This document shows, one piece after another, positions 24,769-32,706 of a stretch of 39,901 nt of DNA. The DNA is taken from positions 1-39,901 of the forward strand of contig MWAX01000161.1 in NCBI GenBank assembly GCA_002068775.1, read 5' to 3'. Numbering within the stretch: position 1 is the first letter of the stretch; each line of letters starts with the position of its first letter. The DNA is from Actinobacteria bacterium ADurb.Bin346. GTDB taxonomy: Bacteria > Actinomycetota > Humimicrobiia > Humimicrobiales > Humimicrobiaceae. The position numbers and the translations under genes are program-made. Below the pieces are notes generated by a model. The model ran no database searches. It saw only the letters and a program-made list of their open reading frames with translations, and had not been told where the DNA came from.

Positions 24769-25215
24769 TTAACCGGCAGTTTCTTTAAAATCTTTTTCAG
24801 GCAGGGATTTGGCGCTTGAGCTATCAGTTCCAGGAAACTCAAACTTAAAAGTATCCTGATTATCAGAAATTATGCTTTCACCCTTAAACAGGCCGCCTTT
24901 TGAAACTGTAAGCAGTGCATCTTTCTGTATTATTTTCCCTGTAAATTTACCTGTTGATGTTATTTCCACGCCGCCGGATGAAATCATATCGCCCTTGAAA
25001 GTGCCTGCAACTATAGCATTTGCTGTCTTTACAGTTGCCTCAACCTTGCCCTCCTTGCCAATCACAAGTTCTTTTTCGGAAACAATTTCGCCTGTTACTC
25101 TTCCATCGATCCGGGTGGCACCCCGTGAATAAAGTTTTCCCTCAATAATGACCCCCTCAGCAACTACAGTCAGTGTTTTGCTTGATGGGAGGTCCATTTC
25201 TTTTTTTTCAAACAT
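24769..25215 (-). CDS. Bactofilin-family cytoskeletal protein
   Basis: Repetitive beta-helix-type windings read ..VIIEGKLYSRGATRIDGRVTGEIVSEKELVIGKEGKVEATVKTANAIVAGTFKGDMISSGGVEITSTGKFTGKI.. I prefer the ATG at 25215 (GGAG RBS), which also avoids overlap with the upstream ADH gene. The track start is 25284. Confidence 0.82.
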   Translation of the reverse strand: MFEKKEMDLPSSKTLTVVAEGVIIEGKLYSRGATRIDGRVTGEIVSEKELVIGKEGKVEATVKTANAIVAGTFKGDMISSGGVEITSTGKFTGKIIQKDALLTVSKGGLFKGESIISDNQDTFKFEFPGTDSSSAKSLPEKDFKETAG

Positions 25216-25243
25216 TTTTTCTCCAATCCCCACAGATTTATTT

Positions 25244-26419
25244 TTATATTTCATTTTTAAGTGCAATTTTAAATATTTCCACAATATCCTTTTTATTCAG
25301 CTTCATTAAATTTCCAATCGGGCCCCACTGCAGTTCTTTTTCAGCCATCTCTTCAAATTTTTCACTGTTTATCCCGAGCTCTTCAAGGCTTACAGCAAGG
25401 CCAATAGATCTGAAAAATGACTGCATCCGGGCTATTCCCCTGAGCGCAATTTCTTCTTCAGTTCCGAAAAATGGATCGACATCCCATACCCTGAATGCAA
25501 ACTGTGCAAACTTTTTCACATTTTTTCTTAAAACATATTTCATCCATGCGGGGAAAATAACCGCAAGGGACTGTCCATGGCCAACCTGATAAACAGCGCT
25601 CAGCTCATGTCCAAGTTTATGGGATGCCCAGTCTTCTATTCTTCCCGTGCCAAGTATTCCATTATGGGCAATTGTGCCTGCCCAGAGAAGCTCAGCCCTG
25701 GCGTCATAGTCATTGGGGTTTTCCAGCACAATGGGGGTATTGGCAATGATTGATTTTAAAGCACCCTCGCAAAGCCTGTCTGTAAGGTCCGCTTTAATTG
25801 TGGGAGTGAAATATCTTTCCATAATATGAGCCATCATATCGGCTGAGCCACACGCGGTCTGGAAAGGTGAAACAGTGAATGTAAGCTCCGGATTTAATAT
25901 TGCAAACTTTGGAAGCAACAAATGGCTGTGAAAGCCCTTTTTCATTTTTGTCTTCTCATTTGTGATTACTGTCACAACGCTGGACTCGCTTCCTGCTGCA
26001 GGTATTGTAAGGACAACGCCAAGAGGAATAGCGTTTGAAGGAGTTGATTTAGCCATAAAATAATCCCACACATCCCCCTCGCAGTCCACCCCAAGCGCAA
26101 TTGCTTTTGCAGAATCTATGACGCTTCCTCCGCCGACTGCGAGTATGAAGCCAATTTTTTCAGTTCTGCAAATTTTGATTCCCTCATAGATTTTTTTAAG
26201 CACCGGATTTGGCTGCACACCTCCAAGTTCAAAAAATGTTATCTGATGCTCCTTCAGTGACTCTTTTATTCTGTCATAGAGCCCGATTTTTTTTATTGTA
26301 TCGCCGCCATAATGAAGCAATATTTTGTTTGAATATTTTTTAACTTCCTGCCCGGCATAAGATTCAGTATTGCGGCCAAAAATTATCTCTGTGGTATTAT
26401 GAAACCTGAAATTTTCCAA
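25244..26419 (-). CDS. Iron-containing alcohol dehydrogenase (butanol dehydrogenase / YqhD-like)
   Basis: ..F.NTTEIIFG......YGGDTIKK.GLYD......ELGGVQPNP......ILAVGGGSVIDSAKAIA......PLGVVLTIPAAGSE......H..HELSA.Y...HG..LA.. are Fe-ADH family motifs. Confidence 0.9.
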   Translation of the reverse strand: MENFRFHNTTEIIFGRNTESYAGQEVKKYSNKILLHYGGDTIKKIGLYDRIKESLKEHQITFFELGGVQPNPVLKKIYEGIKICRTEKIGFILAVGGGSVIDSAKAIALGVDCEGDVWDYFMAKSTPSNAIPLGVVLTIPAAGSESSVVTVITNEKTKMKKGFHSHLLLPKFAILNPELTFTVSPFQTACGSADMMAHIMERYFTPTIKADLTDRLCEGALKSIIANTPIVLENPNDYDARAELLWAGTIAHNGILGTGRIEDWASHKLGHELSAVYQVGHGQSLAVIFPAWMKYVLRKNVKKFAQFAFRVWDVDPFFGTEEEIALRGIARMQSFFRSIGLAVSLEELGINSEKFEEMAEKELQWGPIGNLMKLNKKDIVEIFKIALKNEI

Positions 26420-26632
26420 AATGTTCTCCTATCTGTTAAATATCTGTTATTTGCTGCATATTTGCAATATAAGATTATATAAGATTATATCTTAAAAAAA
26501 ATTTTATATCCCCATGAAATTTGCTCTTAGTAAAAATCTGCCATTAAATTTTTTACTGAAAAGATGTTAAAAATAGCATATAATCTATTTCTACATGATA
26601 TAAAGTAAAAATTATTATTTGGATGAGGGGTT

Positions 26633-27820
26633 ATGAAAAAAAAGTTTAGTTCAGGTATTGCCATAATATTTTTAATAGCGGCAGCATTGCTTGTATTTTC
26701 AGGCCTGCCGGGCTGCAGCAATTATGCGCAGACCATAATCACAATGTCCACTGCTATTGAAAGCACGACGGCAACAACAATGGTGCCGGCTGCCCCGGCA
26801 ACAGAAGAGACGGCACAGGAAGAAAAGATTCCTGCAAATTTTGAACTTGTATACATTCCGAAAATCGATGTGCCATGGTTTGATGTTGTGCAGAAAGGCA
26901 TAGAGCAGTGTGCCAGAGATTATGGTTTTAAAGTCACTGTTACGGCGCCTCCAAAACTGGACCCTGCAATACAGGCACAGATTGTCCTTGACCTTATAGG
27001 AAAAACTGCCGATGCAGTGATTGTGTGCCCGATAGAGGAGGCTTCCATGGATATTGCACTGCAGAAAGCCAGCTCTGCAGGAATAATGACATTTGGAAGC
27101 GAGGGCTCAAACCTTAAGAATATAAGTTATGATTTTGAGTCGATTTCCAATGAATCTTTTGGGCAGGCAATAATGCAGTCAGCCATAAAATACTCCGGAA
27201 ACAGCGGAAGTTATGCTGTTTCTGTTGGATTTTTGTCATCGGCTGCTCAAAATGAATGGGCAGATGCTGAAATAGCGCTCCAGAAACAATCAGCGCCCGG
27301 GATGGTAAATATTCTCGGATATTCTAAAGGCACCGACAGATTTGAAGATAATGAAGACCAGGCGATTGCTTTAACAAAAATAACTGAAATTATTACTGCT
27401 AATCCAGACCTGAAACTGATAGTGGGTAACTCAATGACAAGCGGGCCTGCTGCGGGGGAGGCAATAAAAAAACAGAAATTGAAAGGCAAGTTATTTTATG
27501 TGGGCACAGGCCTTCCGCTGACTGCTGGTGGTTACATTAAAGACAATATTATCCAGGAAGCTTTTTTCTGGGATCCATATCTGACAGGCTACTCGCTGGG
27601 ATTCATGGCTTTTAAGGCCTGGGAAGGCAAACCGCTCATAAAGGGCGATGCGGTGACTCTGCCCGGCGGAGCAAAACTTGCAGGGTATGAAACACTCACA
27701 GAAGGAACCGGCACTGCAGGAGCAAAAGTGATTTATGGAAATGCTGCAGTATCTGTAAATAAGGAAAACATGGATAGCTGGTATAAAAAATTTGAAGAGT
27801 ATGGCTGGCCTCAATTTTAA
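26633..27820 (+). CDS. Lipoprotein, periplasmic-binding-protein type I (sugar / AI-2-type ABC substrate-binding protein), orphan
   Basis: It has a signal peptide with a lipobox (LLVFSGLPGC), a Thr/Ala-rich linker, and then ..VYIPKIDVPWFDVVQKGIEQCARDYGFKV......ADAVIVCP.. typical of the Peripla_BP_4/LsrB/RbsB-like fold. No permease or ATPase gene is adjacent. Confidence 0.75.
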   Translation: MKKKFSSGIAIIFLIAAALLVFSGLPGCSNYAQTIITMSTAIESTTATTMVPAAPATEETAQEEKIPANFELVYIPKIDVPWFDVVQKGIEQCARDYGFKVTVTAPPKLDPAIQAQIVLDLIGKTADAVIVCPIEEASMDIALQKASSAGIMTFGSEGSNLKNISYDFESISNESFGQAIMQSAIKYSGNSGSYAVSVGFLSSAAQNEWADAEIALQKQSAPGMVNILGYSKGTDRFEDNEDQAIALTKITEIITANPDLKLIVGNSMTSGPAAGEAIKKQKLKGKLFYVGTGLPLTAGGYIKDNIIQEAFFWDPYLTGYSLGFMAFKAWEGKPLIKGDAVTLPGGAKLAGYETLTEGTGTAGAKVIYGNAAVSVNKENMDSWYKKFEEYGWPQF

Positions 27821-28682
27821 TACTGTAAAAGGCTATATTGCCATAACTAAACTAAAACTTGTTGCACTGCTTTTTTTCACCGGTTTTACAAGTGTGCTGA
27901 TTGCATCCACCATATACGGGTTTGACTGGGCAGAGATATCCATGATATCAGTTGCAATAATACTAAGTGTTATGGGCTCCAATGCAACAACTGCTTATAT
28001 TGATCGTGAAATGGATAAAATAATGAACAGGACCAGCGCAAGGCCTGTTCCCTCCGGAACTATAAATCCTCCTGTTAATGCCCTGATATTCGGAATAGCT
28101 CTTGTCATTGCAGGCATAATACTGGCTGCATTTACAAGCTACTATGCAGCAGTGTTCATTTTTCTTGGTTTTATTGACAGTGCAATTATATACAATGCAT
28201 TATTAAAAAAACGCTCTCCCATGAATATATTGTACGGCTCTCCAGCAGGCGGGATGCCTGTACTTGCCGGATGGATAGCAGTTTCCAATACAAGGCTAAA
28301 CCTTATTGCAATACTTATGTTTTTGCTTGTAATAATCTGGACCCCGATGCACATATGGAGCCTTGCATATTTTTACAGCGACGACTATAAAAAGGCAGGT
28401 GTGCCCATGCTGACTTCAATATGGTCGCCGCGCAGAGCATTTTTATTGATCGGAGGACTGAATATCCTGCTTGTGTTTTTATCTGTATTTATAGGCGCGC
28501 TCTTTAAATTAAGCATGTTATATGTAATTATCTCTGCTGCACTTGGCGCAGTCGTCCTGGCTCTTAGCATCATCCTTATAATAAATAATAAAAAAAGAAC
28601 AGCATGGGCTTTATTTAAATTCTCAAGTCCTTATCTTGCAGTAATTTTTTTACTTCTGCTTGCGGAGTATTTATGGATTTAA
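27792..28682 (+). CDS. ctaB: UbiA-superfamily prenyltransferase, closest in motif to protoheme IX farnesyltransferase (heme O synthase)
   Basis: ..YIAITKLKLVALL......NATTAYIDREMDKIMNRTSARPVPSG.. matches the CyoE/CtaB signature (N.YIDRD.D..M.RT..RP.P.G). It has about 9 TM segments and later reads WTPMHIWSLA..Y.DDY..AGVPML. It overlaps the SBP gene by 29 nt. Confidence 0.75.
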   Translation: MKSMAGLNFNTVKGYIAITKLKLVALLFFTGFTSVLIASTIYGFDWAEISMISVAIILSVMGSNATTAYIDREMDKIMNRTSARPVPSGTINPPVNALIFGIALVIAGIILAAFTSYYAAVFIFLGFIDSAIIYNALLKKRSPMNILYGSPAGGMPVLAGWIAVSNTRLNLIAILMFLLVIIWTPMHIWSLAYFYSDDYKKAGVPMLTSIWSPRRAFLLIGGLNILLVFLSVFIGALFKLSMLYVIISAALGAVVLALSIILIINNKKRTAWALFKFSSPYLAVIFLLLLAEYLWI

Positions 28683-29284
28683 ATCAGTTAAAAGATTTCC
28701 ACCTTCTTGGCAGAGAGTTCTACAGCAGGGACACTGCAGAAGTGGCTAAAGAGCTTTTAGGAAAATTCCTTGTAAAATACAGCAATACAGGCAAGATCAC
28801 AGGAGGCTATATTATAGAGACGGAAGCATATTATGGAGCAAAAGATCCGGCAAGTCATGCATACAGAGGGGTCACTCCACGATGCGCGATCATGTTTGGA
28901 AAAGCAGGCATTTCTTATGTTTACTTTTGTTATGGTTTCCATTACCTGCTTAATGTGGTGACAGAAAAAAAAGGAACACCAGGTGCAGTTCTGATAAGGG
29001 CAGTAAGACCAGTAATGGGCATTGATGAAATGATTTCAAGAAGAAGAACTAAAGAAATGGGCAATCTGGCAAGCGGGCCCGGAAAACTGACAAGTGCATT
29101 CGGCATTGAAATAAAAGACAATGGAAAAGATCTGACAGATCCTTCTGGAGATATTGGCATTTTTAAAAACAAAAAAGCAGCTCCTGTAAAGGATATCCGG
29201 TCTTCTGTCAGAATTGGCATAAGAAATGGTGCAGATAAGGAGCTGAGGTTTTTCATTTTACCGGGACAAACAGAAGTACAATAA
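28673..29284 (+). CDS. mpg: DNA-3-methyladenine glycosylase (Mpg/AAG family)
   Basis: ..REFYSRDTAEVAKELLGK.LV......G.IIETEAYYGAKDPASHAYRG.TPR...MFG.AG..YVYF.YG.HYLLNVV......AVLIRAV.P......GPGKL..AFGI are canonical Mpg motifs. Confidence 0.92.
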   Translation: MDLNQLKDFHLLGREFYSRDTAEVAKELLGKFLVKYSNTGKITGGYIIETEAYYGAKDPASHAYRGVTPRCAIMFGKAGISYVYFCYGFHYLLNVVTEKKGTPGAVLIRAVRPVMGIDEMISRRRTKEMGNLASGPGKLTSAFGIEIKDNGKDLTDPSGDIGIFKNKKAAPVKDIRSSVRIGIRNGADKELRFFILPGQTEVQ

Positions 29285-29394
29285 TATTTAATATTAAAAA
29301 AGATTGAATGTTTTTATTTTGGGTTAATTTAGTATAATATTTTCAGGCTCATTTATGAGTTTAAAAAACAAATATTAAAAAAGGATAAAAAATA

Positions 29395-29811
29395 ATGGAT
29401 ATAGCAAAATTAAAAAAATCGTCAGCGATGTCAAGAAGGATGTACATCATTAACTATTCAGCAAATAAACTCGGAGTCGACATATATTATCTTTTTGGGC
29501 TTTTAAACATGTATAATGCAAAGAACCGGGGAAGGTGGTTCTGGCAGAAGGCAGTTTTCCAGGGTATCCTTAAAGAATCATTTGAAAAATTCAACACTTT
29601 TATGGATAAATTTTCTCAGCAGTTCAGATCAATGGATGAAAACACTATAGACAGCAATCTTTCCGAGAGCCGGAGGCTTCTCGAGAAACTTGTAGCAGAT
29701 CTTGAGACAAACCTGATAGTCAACAGAGAAGAAGACCAGGCAAGTGTAAGGATGTATCTTGATGACAATATAAAGGGCCTAATAGACCAGAGTCTCAGGG
29801 AAACAGCATAA
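29395..29811 (+). CDS. Hypothetical protein (138 aa, predicted helical)
   Basis: It is an ORF with an AAAGGA RBS and coding-like composition. I recognise no family motif. Confidence 0.5.
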   Translation: MDIAKLKKSSAMSRRMYIINYSANKLGVDIYYLFGLLNMYNAKNRGRWFWQKAVFQGILKESFEKFNTFMDKFSQQFRSMDENTIDSNLSESRRLLEKLVADLETNLIVNREEDQASVRMYLDDNIKGLIDQSLRETA

Positions 29812-29823
29812 AATCTTACTGGC

Positions 29824-30444
29824 TTAGCCGGTGTCTCCTATAATGAAAGTCTCTTTATATTTTTTCCCGTCTTCATAGTTGAATTCTCCGTAATTCAAAT
29901 CAGTATCCGGTGCATTAAATTCTGCTAATATTTTGTAATTTCCCTGCAATAATTCAAGCTCTACACGCTGGTTTTTTTCAAGTCTTAAAATATTGTATTG
30001 GGGACCTCCTATATAAAGGGTGAGCCCATAATCAGTTTTGTTATCGAAGGTTATTTTTGCTGTGCCTGATTTTGCAAAGCTTCCGACAGGCTCTGAAGCG
30101 CTGATTATTTTATAATTCAAATGGCTTAGCAAATTTATTTTTGCTTTTACCGCGTGTTCGGTGATCTCCTGTGAATGCTCAGGAAAATTTTTAAGTATAT
30201 AATCATAAAGCATCATGGACTCAAGGTATCTTTCCTGAAAAAAAAGTCCATTTGCAGCTTTGAGGATGTCATCTGCAGGAGCATCAGCAACGAAGTATTC
30301 AAAAAGAGCATCAATTTCATATTTTCTTGAGTCAAGGATTTCAGCAGGAAGTTTATATACTTTTAAAAAATTCTTAATGCTTTCATCATAATCACCTTTT
30401 TCTTTACAGCTCACAGCAATATTTACATATGTCCCAAAAAGCAT
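29824..30444 (-). CDS. C-terminal part of a TPR-like protein (reading frame stays open upstream to ~30547)
   Basis: The same frame continues upstream of the first ATG as ..FLWDDAVSILNRVINDYPDSDYQLKAHAMLFG.., a YbgF/TPR-like 'DYP.S.Y...A' repeat. The C-terminal ~90 aa look beta-rich. See the frameshift finding. Confidence 0.6.
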   Translation of the reverse strand: MLFGTYVNIAVSCKEKGDYDESIKNFLKVYKLPAEILDSRKYEIDALFEYFVADAPADDILKAANGLFFQERYLESMMLYDYILKNFPEHSQEITEHAVKAKINLLSHLNYKIISASEPVGSFAKSGTAKITFDNKTDYGLTLYIGGPQYNILRLEKNQRVELELLQGNYKILAEFNAPDTDLNYGEFNYEDGKKYKETFIIGDTG

Positions 30445-30514
30445 AGCATGCGCCTTCAGCTGATAATCACTGTCAGGATAATCATTGATTACTCTGTTAA
30501 GAATACTGACAGCA

Positions 30515-31234
30515 TCATCCCAGAGAAAACCCCCGGTAAAGGGAGGCAGTATTTAAAAGGTATTCAGGAATTTTATATTTTGCAATAAAAGCTTCGTTTG
30601 AATCAGGGAAGTTATTCCCGATCTCCCGGAGATATTCTATTGATTTAAGATAATTCGAAATAGCTTCCCTGATATTGCCGTTTTTATCCGGGTTCCTGGC
30701 AAGCTGCACATAGCAATCTGCAAAGATTGTTTTAATCTCAAGCTCATTCTGGTTTATTAAACCTTTTTCAATTGCTTTTTCAAGATAAAAAATTGTTTTG
30801 CTATAATCAGAAGCCAGATAATGACTGTAAGGTAACTTTTTCAGAGCAGTGTCTGCATATTTACTGGTGGGGTACTTGTCGAGAAGATATTCATATTCTG
30901 CTGCTGCCTGGCTATAATTTTTGTTTGTGTAGTGTTCATCTGCAGAGCTGGCAACAGGGAAAGGCCCTTTAAAACTGGAAATTATCATTCCTGCAATAAA
31001 AAAAAGGAAAAAAAATGCAAAAATATAACCTGACATATTCCTTTTTACAAAATAAAATATAAGAAGTACAAGATTAAGTATTGCACCGGGAATACAGAAG
31101 TAAGGAAGAAAGTCAAAAAATTTACCTCTGTCAGAGAAAAAGAAATATCCTATCCCGATAAATACGAGAACAAAAAAAGATATATAAAAAATTGCGCTTC
31201 GCAGCACTAATCTGGGTCTGTCATATAATTGCAT
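30515..31234 (-). CDS. N-terminal part of the same membrane-anchored TPR-like protein (about 4 TM segments plus TPR-like repeats)
   Basis: TM segments occupy residues 10-100. Then come ..YSQAAAEYEYLLDKYPTSKYADTAL.. and ..FPDSNEAFIAKYKI.. repeats. The ORF ends 13-17 nt after a G5 run (rc of 30530-34). Its start overlaps the GNAT gene's stop. Confidence 0.65.
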   Translation of the reverse strand: MQLYDRPRLVLRSAIFYISFFVLVFIGIGYFFFSDRGKFFDFLPYFCIPGAILNLVLLIFYFVKRNMSGYIFAFFFLFFIAGMIISSFKGPFPVASSADEHYTNKNYSQAAAEYEYLLDKYPTSKYADTALKKLPYSHYLASDYSKTIFYLEKAIEKGLINQNELEIKTIFADCYVQLARNPDKNGNIREAISNYLKSIEYLREIGNNFPDSNEAFIAKYKIPEYLLNTASLYRGFSLG

Positions 31235-31769
31235 TTTTCTCCATCACATAAGTGTCCCAGTATATATTGTTATATAAATGATAATTCTTTAATTTGTCGA
31301 CAGGCGCAAAACCACAATTCTCATATACTTTTATTGCGCGGTGATTGTATTCATATACAAGAAGCTTGATTTTTTCAAGTCCCAGGCTAAAAAAAGCAAA
31401 ATCAATAACTGTCTTCAGTGTGTCCGTCCCATAACCTTTATTCCAGTATTTTTTATTACCAATAAAAATGCCGAATTCACATCTTTTTTCTTTCCAGTCT
31501 ATTTTGTGAAGGCCGCAGTTTCCGATATATTGTCCATCGCATTTTGAAATTATTGCAAACACTATATCGCATCCGGAACTATTAATAAAATTAAACCACT
31601 CGAGCTCCCGCTCTTCTGTCATATTTTTAACGCTATTGCTTAAGAACTTTGCCACATCAGGGTCCCTGAACCATTTAATACAGGATTTTAGGTCATTTTT
31701 TCTTATTTTTCTCAGGCTGACCATGGTTCCATTAAGAAGCGTGTTTTTATAAAGCTCTATTTTTCCCAT
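31221..31769 (-). CDS. GNAT-family N-acetyltransferase (RimJ/RimL-like)
   Basis: ..SLRKIRKNDL......W..D.DV.KF......IGNCGL..ID...K..E.GIFIG.KKYWNKGYGTD......F..LGL.KI.L.V...N..AIK.YE.CGF is the acetyl-CoA-binding GNAT pattern. Confidence 0.85.
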   Translation of the reverse strand: MGKIELYKNTLLNGTMVSLRKIRKNDLKSCIKWFRDPDVAKFLSNSVKNMTEERELEWFNFINSSGCDIVFAIISKCDGQYIGNCGLHKIDWKEKRCEFGIFIGNKKYWNKGYGTDTLKTVIDFAFFSLGLEKIKLLVYEYNHRAIKVYENCGFAPVDKLKNYHLYNNIYWDTYVMEKNAII

Positions 31770-32040
31770 TTTATCGGATATAAGTTTTTTCCTGTTTTTT
31801 TCTAAACTCTTTTCTTTAAGGCAGAAAACGTGATTCTAAAGTTTATTCATAATAATATTATTACACTTTTTACTTTAATGCATTTGATTATTATTATAAA
31901 ATTATTTCAATTATTTAAACTGCCGCTTAGGGCAGAGCTTTGGTATTTATAAAAAACATAAGCTATAAAAGATAGAAAGTATTATTATTTAAATTATTTT
32001 TCTTATTATTTATCTTATTATAAAGGACAGGAGAGATTAG

Positions 32041-32202
32041 ATGAAAAAGTGGGAATGCACTGTGTGCGGTTATATTTATGATCCCGCGCAGGGAGATCCT
32101 GAAAATGGTGTCAAGCCGGGAACTGCTTTTGAAGACATTCCGGCTGACTGGGTCTGCCCGGAATGCGGAGCCCCAAAAGAAGATTTTGAGCCCGTGGATT
32201 AA
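32041..32202 (+). CDS. rub: Rubredoxin (53 aa; below the ORF-track length cut-off)
   Basis: My own translation reads [53 protein letters not shown]. It has both CxxCG / CPxCG knuckles and the conserved Y.YDP..GD and F.D.P.DW.CP blocks. An AGGAGAG RBS lies 6 nt upstream. Confidence 0.93.
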   Translation: MKKWECTVCGYIYDPAQGDPENGVKPGTAFEDIPADWVCPECGAPKEDFEPVD

Positions 32203-32298
32203 ATGGTTTAAATACCTGCCGGAAATTATATCTGTCAACGATTATACCTGTCAGTGGTTATATTTACAGCAATCTTTAAAAGCTAGTCCTGTCAGTAA

Positions 32299-32706
32299 TT
32301 ATATCTTAAGCTTGATTGCGTTTACAGGGCATGAGTTTGCGCAAAGTCCGCATAGAATGCATTTATTCTTATCGAACAAAAGCCTGTGCGTGACCGGATT
32401 GATTTCTAATGCCTGAGTTATGCAAAGCGAAGGGCAGACGCCGCAGCTGATGCATTTTTCCGTATCGACTATGATATCTTTTGAAGCATCCTGAATCGAT
32501 ACTCCTTCATTTTCAAGATACTTTAAGCCTTCTTCTATCTGTTTTTTTGTGCCGCTTATTTCTATAAGCATCTTTCCTTCAATATCTGCAGTTATTTCGG
32601 CTCTTAGTATATTGAACTGGAGATCAAAATCTTTTATCAGTCTGTATGTGATTGGCCTGGTAACTATTTTTTCAGGAAATGCCAGCACCAGTCTTCTTGA
32701 AATCAT
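32299..32706 (-). CDS. NIL-domain / 2x[4Fe-4S] ferredoxin fusion protein (MA1822-type)
   Basis: The N-terminal NIL-like domain (..LAFPEKIVTRPITYRLIKDFDLQFNILRAEI.....G.MLIEISG.) is followed by CISCGVCPSLC and CILCGLCANSCP. The 4-nt ATGA overlap with the upstream COG1900 gene suggests translational coupling. Confidence 0.85.
   Translation of the reverse strand: MISRRLVLAFPEKIVTRPITYRLIKDFDLQFNILRAEITADIEGKMLIEISGTKKQIEEGLKYLENEGVSIQDASKDIIVDTEKCISCGVCPSLCITQALEINPVTHRLLFDKNKCILCGLCANSCPVNAIKLKI

Noticed and set aside
26468-26490. Short AT-rich tandem duplications: ATAAGATTAT x2 (26468-26490) and TGATTATAAGCAT x2 (36861-36890)
   Set aside because: Each has only two copies of a 10-13 nt unit in AT-rich spacers. 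This fits replication slippage, and neither resembles CRISPR, an operator palindrome or a structured RNA.
31963-32416. ORFs 31963-32238 (-) and 32078-32416 (+) listed in the track
   Set aside because: Both overlap the genuine rubredoxin gene (32041-32202) and/or the antisense of the NIL-ferredoxin gene, and have no recognisable motifs.
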